Shown: positions 16,511 to 24,960 of the stretch, one piece after another
Position numbering within the stretch: the first letter of the stretch is position 1
How the letters are laid out: the number at the start of each line of letters is the position of its first letter
NCBI GenBank assembly: GCA_024763115.1
Contig: JANTGB010000001.1
Coordinates: forward strand, 1-35,832
DNA: 35,832 bases
Direction: 5' to 3'
From: Desulfobulbaceae bacterium
GTDB lineage: Bacteria; Desulfobacterota; Desulfobulbia; Desulfobulbales; SURF-16
Notes under the pieces: generated by a model
What the model was told of the DNA's origin: nothing
The model's input: the letters and a program-made list of their open reading frames with translations, nothing else
Databases searched by the model: none
Made by a program: the position numbers and the translations under genes

Positions 16511-16770
16511 TCATGAGGTTCCGTACGGTTCTCCAGCCTTGGCCATTTCCTCAGGCAGGCTCTTAATTAAAATTTTATAATCCGTCATTCTTTCCTTGAC
16601 ATGAGGAATAAGATATGATGCCGGAGGAGCGACATAACCGGAAATAGCGCCATATTTCATTTTTTCCAGATCGCCACCGAGGACATCCGCAACAAATCAG
16701 GAAGTTCGATCGCTAGTTCATCATCCCCGGCCTGTTCCAAAGCAAAATTTCGATCCCATTGTAAAGGCAT
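16511..16770 (-). pseudogene. Hpt (histidine phosphotransfer)-like gene remnant, frameshifted, immediately upstream of cheB
   Basis: ATG 16770 gives MPLQWDRNFALEQAGDDELAIELPDLL.., a typical Hpt-protein opening, and then hits TGA at 16659-16657. A second frame, open from 16696, reads FVADVLGGDLEKMKYGAISGYVAPPASYLIPHVKERMTDYKILIKSLPEEMAKAGEPYGTS and stops at 16513-16511. Joining the two needs a 1-nt indel near 16697-16705. The HxxKG motif is degenerate (PHVKE). Confidence 0.35.
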
Positions 16771-17529
16771 GAAAAAGTTTTTTTAAAACAACATAATAAT
16801 CCAACTTTTTTATATCAAAAAACTGCCTGACAAATCCAGTTTTAATTAACTAACATTAACTTTTTTCTGCTGCGGCCCGCATCTCATATTTGCTGGAGGC
16901 CGGACTCAGGAAAGAGGTCTCTACTCCGTGTGCCATGCGGTTAGGAACGGAATTGGCAATAGCGGTTCTTTCTTCAAGAGGAATGGACGTTATTTATCCA
17001 AAAATAGCGATACTTCAAAAATTAAAATGATCAAGTAAAAGTGGTCGGTTTTTTCATGCTGCTATTTTCAGACGAACCTGGATCATGCGGATATCCTGTC
17101 CACCTCAATGGACAGATCACCACCCATCATTTCATGCATCATGGTGGTGCGTGCCCCTGCCTCAAAACTGCGAATTAGGGTTAAACCCTCGTCGAGCAGA
17201 AACTCCTCCATTAATTTTTGTTCCCGGCTCAGGTTACGCATGGTGTTTACGGCAAGAAGTGCGGCAAGGTTCAGGTTGTCGGGAGAACAATCAGGATGGA
17301 CTTGAAAATTTGGCAAGATGACTTGTCAGGAAGTGAAAACATGGGCTCCTGATTGTGGCCGGCAGATAAAAAAGCATTTCGATTTTATCCTGTAGAACAA
17401 CAGAGGGCCGGATAAAAACACAGCAAAACAGAAAGGAAAAGAGAAATCACATCTTAAGTTACCTCCCTTTGGAAATGTCCTTGCTCTGCGCAGGGGTGAG
17501 CACTACATACCTTTTGCCTTAACAGGTCG

Positions 17530-17571
17530 ATGGTTGGAGCGGTTTTTCGCCCCTGCCTGAATAGTTACAAA
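17530..17571 (+). repeat. Interspersed repeat module R8, copy 1
   Basis: atggttggagcggtttttcgcccctgcctgaatagttacaaa aligns without gaps to 28845-28886 (atggtttgagcagtttttcgactcttgcttaataattgcaaa) at roughly 75-80% identity. Confidence 0.75.
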
Positions 17572-17588
17572 TACCCCCACATAACAAC

Positions 17589-18866
17589 TTAAGCGGAAAT
17601 GACATCCGCGAGTATGTCAAAAAACTTATGGCCTTCCACGTCAGTTCTGATTGCGTATTCATCACTGGAATCTTTTTCCGCAGATTTAATAGCTGTGTCA
17701 ACACCGGTACCAACATCGCCGTCCATCAAACGTCCATAAAGAGAATCAGCCCCAACCTGGATATACGAATAGCCGAGCTTGAATTTTTCTATTGCGGCCC
17801 CAATGCCGAATGACATACCCAGGCTTTCATCATCCGGATCAAGAGCTCCATCAGCAGAGCCGAGCTGACCTTCTCCCGGCCGGCCGTCCGCCCCGAAATT
17901 ATTCCAGATATGGCCGTAAGCCGATAATTTAAGCGTATCGTTTAAGGGAAACTTTACCTCACCATAGATATCGCCAACCTCAAATCCATATTTATCGGGA
18001 TCAACATAGCTAAAACATCCTCTCTCATGCTCATCATTTACAAAACTCTGGTCGTAAATCTGAAACCCGGCTGCCAGGGTATACTTTATTTTATCACGCT
18101 TACCGGTAAAACCGCCCTGTCCCATATAAACCAGAGCGGTATTATGATCTTTTGAGGCAACCTTATAATATTTGACTGCATAACCTCCGACAGTTGCGAA
18201 CAAACCGAGGTCAGGCTTATAGCCAACAGTTAAACCGGTAAATCGGTCATCATTGTCCCACATTACCCAGGAATTCTTATATGGATCTATCTGCTGACCG
18301 GCAGTAAAGAAAAAATCATTCCAGATATGTTTGCCATAGGCATAGTCCAGGCTGATACCTCCGGTATTAAAAGGATTACTGCTGTCACTCCAGGTATTGT
18401 TGGTGGCTGTGGCCCGCGAATCTCCGGTAATAAGCCCGGCGCCCAACTCCCATTTTTCAGTAATATTTTTCCAGACACCACCCAACCTGAATCTGGTCCG
18501 AAAACGATCCTGATTTTTGTTTGCGCCGTCTGCCATATCCAGATGCCGTGATTCATATCGAACCCGCAAGTCACCTTTTATCTCTAATCGATCTATGGCC
18601 TTATTGGCCAGGGTAACTTGACCGGAGGCAACAGCCAGGGGCTCAGGTGCCGCTATTTTTTCTGTTTTTTCGGCTGTTACGGTTATTTTTCGCTAATTTG
18701 CTTGAATTTTCCGCTTTAATTCCTCAATAACTGCCTGTTGAGAAATAACGGTTTTCTGCAGGGATTCCAACTGCCGCAGAATTTTCTCTTCGTCAAGGGC
18801 TGCATTGGCATCAACACTTGCCAGGCATAAAGAACATAATGCCAGGGTGGAAATAGTTTTTTTCAT
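17589..18866 (-). pseudogene. Outer-membrane porin-like beta-barrel gene with an N-terminal signal peptide and coiled coil, interrupted by an in-frame TAG
   Basis: ATG 18866 gives MKKTISTLALCSLCLASVDANAA (signal peptide), then LDEEKILRQLESLQKTVISQQAVIEELKRKIQAN. Codon 58 is TAG (18695-18693). The same frame continues RKITVTAEKTEKIAAPEPLAVASGQVTLANKAIDRLEIKGDLRVRYESRH... into track ORF 17589..18569. That ORF has an alternating-hydrophobic, Gly/Tyr/Asp-rich sequence typical of barrel strands. Confidence 0.6.
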
Positions 18867-18896
18867 TATATAGTCTCTCCATATAGTTCATAAATC

Positions 18897-18957
18897 GTAA
18901 CTGCTCACCGGGCACCGAACAGAGTCTACGCTTACCTGCGCCCTGCAAGTAAGTAAC
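18897..18957 (+). repeat. Core repeat plus hairpin module, diverged copy of 2585-2629
   Basis: The module reads gtaactgctcaccgggcaccgaacagagtctacgcttacctgcgccctgcaagtaagtaac. It has the same gtaactgctc start, the gagtct(a/g)cgcttacctgc arm and an imperfect return arm tgcaagtaag. Confidence 0.8.
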
Positions 18958-19226
18958 AGCGAAGCGTTGTCATGCAAACACAGTGGTTTCCGGGAATTAT
19001 TCACTACCCCGTGAGTTGTTACCATAAGTCTTAATCAGCATTAATTTCCAAACTAGAATTAATTGTTTATGATTTATTTTTATCTATATTTGCATGACGG
19101 GGGAATGAGATAAAAAATGACAAATCTGCTGTTTACGCGCCGGAAATACGACAACAGCATAAAACAGTATATGGTCTCCGGGGGCTGATGGCAGCCAGGG
19201 ACAAGTATCTAAGGCACCGGCAAATG

Positions 19227-19259
19227 CTTAGGCGCTTACGACCAATGTCTAAACAATTT
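19227..19259 (-). repeat. Interspersed repeat module R6, copy c
   Basis: The reverse complement is aaattgtttagacattggtcgtaagcgcctaag. See the copies at 4383-4415 and 6709-6743. Confidence 0.65.
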
Positions 19260-19407
19260 TTTGTTTTGATTTTTGGTAACTTCTCCATATGTGGTGGCGG
19301 CACCCTGTAACCAGTTACAAATATTGAGATTTGTAATCATTAGTCCCTTAGGAATTATTTTCGTGTTATTTGTGGCAAGAAATTAAAAAATGTTTTTGAA
19401 ATAAACA

Positions 19408-19436
19408 ATTTGCCTCTACTGTTAAGGGACTTATCC
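19408..19436 (+). repeat. Interspersed repeat module R4, copy 2
   Basis: 25/29 match to 191-219. A partial inverted copy (agtcccttag) lies at about 19343-19352. Confidence 0.85.
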
Positions 19437-19476
19437 TAAGAACCCTGAAGTTTTCTTCCACTTTAGTGGGTTAGGT

Positions 19477-19556
19477 CTTTACCCCATGAGTAGTTACGCC
19501 GAGTCTTGAAAAAAAGCTTAGTGACTTAAATATTGTAAAGATTTAATCTCTGGTGA
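19477..19556 (-). repeat. 20-nt core (19477-19500) and module R5 (19529-19556) in inverted orientation
   Basis: The reverse complements are ggcgtaactactcatggggtaaag and tcaccagagattaaatctttacaatatt. These match 2537-2560 and 2509-2536. Confidence 0.9.
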
Positions 19557-19593
19557 GATATTACATAAAAACAAACAGTTATGAACCGATTTT

Positions 19594-20433
19594 TTAAATT
19601 TCCGCCTTGTGGATAAAGGGTAGCGCCAGTTCAAGAAAATATCTCCCTTCTTCCGCCCGGCCATGCTTAATGCAGCCATTGCCGTAAATACGGCATTTTT
19701 TAACTAATTCAGCTTGAACCAGTATTCTCTGTTCTTCATTAATATTATCATCCGTCAACAGTTTCAGCAGGGCCTGAATACGGAACTTATCCATCCCGGT
19801 TCGATACCTGAACGACACCTCATCCGGACGGCCACCGTCTTTCAAGGTAAGGGGCTGATCGATTTTTAAAAATTTATGCTTCGCGCTTGCCCGTAACCAG
19901 AATTCATAGTCTTCACAACAGGGATAGCTCTCATCAAACAGGCCCACCTTGGCAAAGAGTTTTTTTCGGATCATAACCGTTGACATTGACACTGCGCAAA
20001 GCGGCAGGCAGCGGGCAAAAATATCTCCGCCGAATTTTCGATGTCTTTTCTTCTGGTTAAGCAACCTGCCGCGCCGATACCAGATTTCATCGGTATGGGA
20101 AATTAAATAATCAGGATTATCCATCATTGCTCTGGTCTGAATTTTAAGTTTATCTGCGGCAAACCAGTCATCTGAATCAAGAAAGGCAATCAGGTCATGT
20201 TGCGCCGTTTTAATCCCTTGATTACGGGCTGAAGCCGGGCCGCCGTTTTCCTGCCAAAGGTAGACGATATTATCGTAACCATTTATAATTTCGGCGGTAT
20301 TATCATCAGAGCCGTCATCAACCACAATTAACTCAAAATTATTATGACTCTGGCTCAGGACGGAATTGACGGCCTTGGGCAGCAGAGCAGCCCGGTTGTA
20401 AGTGGGAATTATAATTGTGACGGCTTTCAGCAT
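19594..20433 (-). CDS. Family 2 glycosyltransferase
   Basis: IIIPTYNRAALLPKAVNSVLSQSHNNFELIVVDDGSDDNT, then GPASARNQGI and FLDSDD (DxD). This is a GT-A fold GT2 signature. Confidence 0.85.
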   Translation of the reverse strand: MLKAVTIIIPTYNRAALLPKAVNSVLSQSHNNFELIVVDDGSDDNTAEIINGYDNIVYLWQENGGPASARNQGIKTAQHDLIAFLDSDDWFAADKLKIQTRAMMDNPDYLISHTDEIWYRRGRLLNQKKRHRKFGGDIFARCLPLCAVSMSTVMIRKKLFAKVGLFDESYPCCEDYEFWLRASAKHKFLKIDQPLTLKDGGRPDEVSFRYRTGMDKFRIQALLKLLTDDNINEEQRILVQAELVKKCRIYGNGCIKHGRAEEGRYFLELALPFIHKAEI

Positions 20434-20521
20434 TTTTTAATTGTATCCACCTGGGCAACCCGGTAAGATATTGCCTCATCAGAAGTACATAATAATTAAC
20501 AAAATAAATCTGGAGGATTAT

Positions 20522-21169
20522 ATGAAATTAATGTTACTAGGCGCCCCCGGCGCCGGCAAAGGCACTGTAGCCAAATTGCTTACCGCAATTGACGGTTCCG
20601 TGCAGATTTCAACCGGAGACATTCTGCGGGGAGCCGTTCAGGCCGGCACTGAACTCGGCAAGGAAGCCCAGGATTACATGAACCGGGGCGATCTCGTGCC
20701 TGATTCCCTGATCATGGGCATCATGGAAACCCGTCTCCAGGAACCGGACTGTGAAAAAGGTTTTCTGCTCGATGGTTTTCCCCGCACCATTCCGCAGGCC
20801 GAGGCCCTGAAGGTACTGCTCGACAAACTGGGTATCGAACTTGACATGGTGGTCAATATCGATGTGCCGCGCGACGTAATTTTCGACCGGCTCTGCACCA
20901 GGAGAACCTGTGAAAATACTGATTGTCAGGCCATTTACAATGTTAAAAGCAACCCGCCCAAAAAAGAAGGCATCTGTGATAAATGCGGCAGCCCGGTTGT
21001 CCAGCGGGCCGATGAAACCGAGGAGGCCATTGGTCACCGCCTTGATACCTATAACGAAAAAACCGCGCCCCTGGTAGGTTTTTATGAAAAAGAAGGCAAA
21101 TTTCATAATATTACCGGCACTTCCAGTGATATTGTTGTCGCAGCCATAAGAAAACATCTGAACATATAA
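20522..21169 (+). CDS. adk: Adenylate kinase
   Basis: MKLMLLGAPGAGKGT (P-loop), ISTGDILR, GFLLDGFPRT and a Cys-containing lid (CDKCG). ATG 20522 follows a ggagg Shine-Dalgarno. The track ORF start at 20441 adds an implausible leader. Confidence 0.92.
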   Translation: MKLMLLGAPGAGKGTVAKLLTAIDGSVQISTGDILRGAVQAGTELGKEAQDYMNRGDLVPDSLIMGIMETRLQEPDCEKGFLLDGFPRTIPQAEALKVLLDKLGIELDMVVNIDVPRDVIFDRLCTRRTCENTDCQAIYNVKSNPPKKEGICDKCGSPVVQRADETEEAIGHRLDTYNEKTAPLVGFYEKEGKFHNITGTSSDIVVAAIRKHLNI

Positions 21170-22482
21170 TGGCCGGTAGCCAAATTACAATTATCGGCGG
21201 CGGACTGGCCGGTTGCGAGGCTGCCTGGCAGGCAGCAGAACGGGGCCGGCCGGTCACGCTTTATGATATGAAGCCGGGCAAATTCAGCCCGGCTCATTCA
21301 TCTGAACAGCTGGCGGAACTGGTATGCAGCAATTCATTTCGTTCCAATAACCCCTATTCCGCAGTAGGCTTACTAAAGGAGGAAATGCGTCTCCTTGATT
21401 CCCTTGTCATGCGGGCGGCGGAAAACACCAAAGTGCCGGCCGGCAAGGCCCTGGCCGTTGACCGGGACGAATTTGCCGATTTTATCACCGGGAAAATAAA
21501 CGCTCATCCCCTGATTACCATAATCAGAAAAGAAATTACTGCTTTGCCCCCGGTTCAGGATAATTGCCTGCTTATCATTGCTACCGGGCCGCTCACCTCG
21601 TCTCCTCTGGCTCAATCATTAAAAGAGATCACCGGCCCCAATCTGGCTTTTTATGATGCCATTGCCCCGATTGTCTCCGCAGAGTCACTTGATCTTAATA
21701 TAATTTACCAGGCTTCCCGTTATGATGAAGGGCCGGGTGATTACCTCAACTGCCCCTTTAACCGGGAACAATACCTGAATTTTATTAAGGCCCTGGCTGC
21801 GGCCGAGAAAGTTCCGCTAAAAGATTTTGAAAAAAAGAAATATTTTGAAGGCTGTCTGCCCATTGAGGTAATGCTGGAACGGGGAGATGATACTCTGCGT
21901 TTCGGCCCCATGAAACCGGTAGGTCTCCCCAATCCCCGCACCGGCAAAGATCCCTATGCGGTTGTCCAGCTCAGAAAGGAAAACCTGGCTGGAACCTATT
22001 ACAACATGGTAGGGTTTCAGACTAAACTTACCTGGCCGGCCCAAAGGGAAGTCTTCCATTTGATTCCCGGCATGGCAAAGGCGGAATTTGCCCGGCTGGG
22101 CAGCATCCACCGTAATACTTTTGTCTGCGGTCCCAGGGTTCTGCTGCCGACCCTGCAATGTCAAAATCGGCCTGATCTGCTGCTGGCCGGTCAGCTTACC
22201 GGAGTGGAAGGCTATGTTGAATCAGCGGCCATGGGAATTCTGGCTGGAATTAACTGCTCTCTTTTACAGGATAAAAAAACAGTGCAAATCCCGCCTCCGG
22301 AGACAGCTTTCGGGGCCCTGATTCATCACCTTACCGCCACTGAGGCGCAGAAATTTCAACCTTCAAATATAAATTTCGGCCTTTTCCCGCCTGTCGGCAA
22401 AAAAATGCCGAAAAAAATGCGGGGTCAATACAGATATAACAAAGCCATAACCGCCTTGCGACAATGGCAGGCAATGATATGA
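21169..22482 (+). CDS. trmFO: Methylenetetrahydrofolate--tRNA-(uracil-5-)-methyltransferase TrmFO
   Basis: ITIIGGGLAGCEAAWQAA is an FAD-binding GxGxxG motif. LVCSNSFRS, FAGQ-like LLAGQLTGVEGYVESAA and a length of about 437 aa also fit. The start overlaps the adk stop (TAATG at 21167-21171). Confidence 0.88.
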   Translation: MAGSQITIIGGGLAGCEAAWQAAERGRPVTLYDMKPGKFSPAHSSEQLAELVCSNSFRSNNPYSAVGLLKEEMRLLDSLVMRAAENTKVPAGKALAVDRDEFADFITGKINAHPLITIIRKEITALPPVQDNCLLIIATGPLTSSPLAQSLKEITGPNLAFYDAIAPIVSAESLDLNIIYQASRYDEGPGDYLNCPFNREQYLNFIKALAAAEKVPLKDFEKKKYFEGCLPIEVMLERGDDTLRFGPMKPVGLPNPRTGKDPYAVVQLRKENLAGTYYNMVGFQTKLTWPAQREVFHLIPGMAKAEFARLGSIHRNTFVCGPRVLLPTLQCQNRPDLLLAGQLTGVEGYVESAAMGILAGINCSLLQDKKTVQIPPPETAFGALIHHLTATEAQKFQPSNINFGLFPPVGKKMPKKMRGQYRYNKAITALRQWQAMI

Positions 22483-23243
22483 GCCGGATGTCAAAACCTG
22501 AAGAAAACAACTCCGCTGAAATCCTGAATATTCTGGCAAAAAGCAGAACCCTGCTGAATTTTCACCAGGAAATGGGACTTAATTACCCTCGGTCGGGGCC
22601 GATTAAAAAATTTATGCACCAAGATGCTGTTCGACCTGGACAAATTCCTCTTGCTGTCAAGCGTCGGGCAAAACCAAAACCTGTTCCTCAGCCAACAGTT
22701 TCTTTAAACGATATCAACACTGAAATTACCGGGTGCACGCGCTGTTATCAGCAGAAAAACCGCCTGGGAATCATGCCGGGACAGGGCAAAAGCAAACCGG
22801 CTCTCTTTATAGTCAGTGAACGACTGACCAGGGAAGATATACAAACAGGACAGATATTAAGCGGCGAGGCAGGATTACTGCTTGATAAAATGCTCTCCGC
22901 CATTAATCTAAATAAAAATGATGTATATTTAACCCCCCTGGTCAAATGCTGCCCTCTGGACGACAAATTGCCTGATCCGGCGGAAATAAAAGCCTGTCTG
23001 CCTTTTATCGGTCGCCAGATCTCCGCCCTCAATCCCCGGATAATCTATACCCTGGGACAGTCAGCCGCCCAGGCCCTGCTCAATACCAGGGAACCGCTTC
23101 TCCGCTTACGGGGCAAATTTCATCAATTCAACGATATCCTCCTGCTCCCCTCCTTCCACCCCTCCTTTCTGCTGAAAAATCCTGAAATGAAAAAAGCCGC
23201 CTGGCATGACCTGCAGATGCTGGAAAGACGCCTGCGAATCTGA
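22464..23243 (+). CDS. Uracil-DNA glycosylase superfamily protein, family-4-like, with an N-terminal extension and a variant motif A
   Basis: GCTRCYQQKNRLG..PGQG, ALFIVSERLTREDIQTGQILSGEAGLLLDKML, DVYLTPLVKCCP and LLPSFHPSFLL (motif B). Four Cys residues are positioned as in Fe-S family-4 UDGs. The start is uncertain: ATG 22464, 22479 or 22488. Confidence 0.75.
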   Translation: MAGNDMSRMSKPEENNSAEILNILAKSRTLLNFHQEMGLNYPRSGPIKKFMHQDAVRPGQIPLAVKRRAKPKPVPQPTVSLNDINTEITGCTRCYQQKNRLGIMPGQGKSKPALFIVSERLTREDIQTGQILSGEAGLLLDKMLSAINLNKNDVYLTPLVKCCPLDDKLPDPAEIKACLPFIGRQISALNPRIIYTLGQSAAQALLNTREPLLRLRGKFHQFNDILLLPSFHPSFLLKNPEMKKAAWHDLQMLERRLRI

Positions 23244-23323
23244 AAATAACTGTTTTCAGCCTGCCGCTTACAGCTTTTTTCTTGTATTTTAATAAATTCT
23301 TTATCTATAATTGATAAATCAGT

Positions 23324-23382
23324 CAAAACCTGTTTTACCATGAGGAGCTTGAAGGAGCCTACCTTACCCTGTGAGTAGTTAT
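23324..23382. repeat. Mosaic of a CATGAAG-module half-copy (23324-23357) and a diverged 20-nt core (23364-23382)
   Basis: caaaacctgttttaccatgaggagcttgaaggag matches 25637-25670 at 28/34. It is followed by ttaccctgtgagtagttat, the reverse orientation of the GTAACT..CTCA..GGG core. Confidence 0.8.
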
Positions 23383-23456
23383 AAAAAAACGATAGCTTAT
23401 AAATTGATATCTTTAGGCATGGCGGATTGCGTCGATAAATTGAAGGAGAATTAACA

Positions 23457-24206
23457 GTGCTAAGGAAAATACTGCTGGTAGACAGTTCGGAAATAATGCG
23501 GAGAATTCTCCGGGGAATGCTTCTGGCCAATGTCGATGACGCCCAGGTAATTGAGGCCGGCGATGCCTTAACGGCAAAAGATAAAATGAATCAGGAAGAA
23601 ATACATATAATCCTCTACTCCTGGGAAACATCTGATCAGGATAGCCTGAACGCTTTTCCGGATCAACAGAAAAACGACTCCCCTCCCCTTCTTCTTCTCG
23701 TTTCCCGGAATCAGGAACAACACATCAAAAAAAACCAAAAAAACAGCATAGAGTATCTTGTTATTCCCTGCTCAGCCGAAAAACTGGCCAGGCGGATCAA
23801 TCGCTTATGCAACCCCGTAACCCTGAGAAGCAATAAAAGATACAGCCTGAAAGATTCATCCATAATTATTCAACAGAAAAGTGAACAATTCCCCGGCATC
23901 CTGATAAACATAAGTTTCAGCGGGTTATTATGTGTTTTTGATTTTAACGAAGCATATAATTGGACTCAACCTTTAAATATTCAAGCTAAGATCAGTCTAG
24001 ACGACAAAATTATCACTATTGACGGCTTATATTCCCGGCTTGTCCGTCTTCAGGTAATTGAAACCAATCCTGATTTTACCCCGAAAAAAATCAAAACAGC
24101 CTTTGAATTTATCCAGCAACCGAGCAGGGAAAACAAAAATCTTTTACGCGAGGTATTTAACTGGTCGGAAAATCGTGAAAAACTGCTGAAGATAGAGTCA
24201 GGATAA
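23457..24206 (+). CDS. Pseudo-receiver (REC-like) plus PilZ-domain protein, putative c-di-GMP effector
   Basis: The N-terminus has a receiver-like fold (KILLVDSSEIMRRIL...). Ser replaces the phospho-acceptor Asp (IILYSWETS versus DW..MP), and Ile replaces the conserved Lys (LVIPC versus KPF). The C-terminus has the PilZ motifs RSNKR (RxxxR) and NISFSG (D/NxSxxG). The start is GTG, 8-9 nt after gaaggaga. Confidence 0.7.
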   Translation: MLRKILLVDSSEIMRRILRGMLLANVDDAQVIEAGDALTAKDKMNQEEIHIILYSWETSDQDSLNAFPDQQKNDSPPLLLLVSRNQEQHIKKNQKNSIEYLVIPCSAEKLARRINRLCNPVTLRSNKRYSLKDSSIIIQQKSEQFPGILINISFSGLLCVFDFNEAYNWTQPLNIQAKISLDDKIITIDGLYSRLVRLQVIETNPDFTPKKIKTAFEFIQQPSRENKNLLREVFNWSENREKLLKIESG

Positions 24207-24207
24207 A

Positions 24208-24903
24208 ATGAAAAATCTGCGTGATTTTCCTGACAGACATTTCCTTGCAAAGGAGCTCGCCAATAAGGTGGCTTCACTGCTGGCTAAAGGCATTAAACAA
24301 AACGGCATTGCAAGCCTTGCCGTTTCCGGCGGATCAACGCCGGTGGAGCTGTTTGAACGTCTGTCCGGCATGGATATCCCCTGGAAGAATGTAGTGATAT
24401 CCCAGGTGGATGAACGATGGGTGAGCCCTGATGACAAAGATTCCAATGAAAGGCTGGTTCGCACTCATCTGCTGAAGCACAAGGCTGTTGTCGCCCAATT
24501 TTCCGGGATGAAAAATGATGCTGCCACAGCGGGTCAAGGGGAAATTAAGTGCGAAGAACAGCTTAAAAAGGTGCCGCTGCCCTTTGATGTCCTGATTCTC
24601 GGCATGGGCGACGACGGCCACACTGCCTCACTGTTTCCAGGCGCGAAAAAACTTTTCGCTGCAACTGATATGAACTCCGGCCGAACCTGCATGGCCCTGG
24701 CTCCGGTCACAGCGCCCCATGAACGTATGAGCCTTACCCTGCCTGTGATCCTATCGGCAAACAATATCTTTCTCCATATCGTCGGCCGGGCGAAAAGAGA
24801 AGTATTAGAACGAGCCATGGCTGACGGGCCTGCTGAAAAAATGCCCATACGTTTTGTGTTGCGCCAGGAAAAAAACCCGGTGTCGGTTTACTGGGCGCCG
24901 TAA
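24208..24903 (+). CDS. pgl: 6-phosphogluconolactonase
   Basis: LAVSGGSTP, VDERWV and LGMGDDGHTASLFPG are the canonical Pgl/DevB motifs. Confidence 0.85.
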   Translation: MKNLRDFPDRHFLAKELANKVASLLAKGIKQNGIASLAVSGGSTPVELFERLSGMDIPWKNVVISQVDERWVSPDDKDSNERLVRTHLLKHKAVVAQFSGMKNDAATAGQGEIKCEEQLKKVPLPFDVLILGMGDDGHTASLFPGAKKLFAATDMNSGRTCMALAPVTAPHERMSLTLPVILSANNIFLHIVGRAKREVLERAMADGPAEKMPIRFVLRQEKNPVSVYWAP

Positions 24904-24904
24904 C

Positions 24905-24948
24905 AAAAAAAGCCACTCAATGTCAGATAACACCGAGTGACTTTTTTT
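24905..24948. terminator. Candidate bidirectional intrinsic terminator between convergent pgl and skp
   Basis: An A7 run, then the stem cactc..tgt / aca..gagtg (interrupted, about 8-9 bp), then a T7 run: aaaaaaagccactcaatgtcagataacaccgagtgacttttttt. Confidence 0.45.
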
Positions 24949-24960
24949 GAATTACTGCCA

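Noticed and set aside
18693-18695. The in-frame TAG in the porin gene as a pyrrolysine or other recoding site.
   Set aside because: The TAG lies in a linker of an outer-membrane protein rather than a methylamine methyltransferase-type context. No pyl genes or recoding signals are visible in the window, and a second broken gene has TAA instead. A nonsense mutation or a sequence error is more parsimonious.
20609-21157. 182-aa ORF antisense to adk.
   Set aside because: It is fully contained within, and antisense to, the adenylate kinase gene with its canonical P-loop. It has no motif and no start context.
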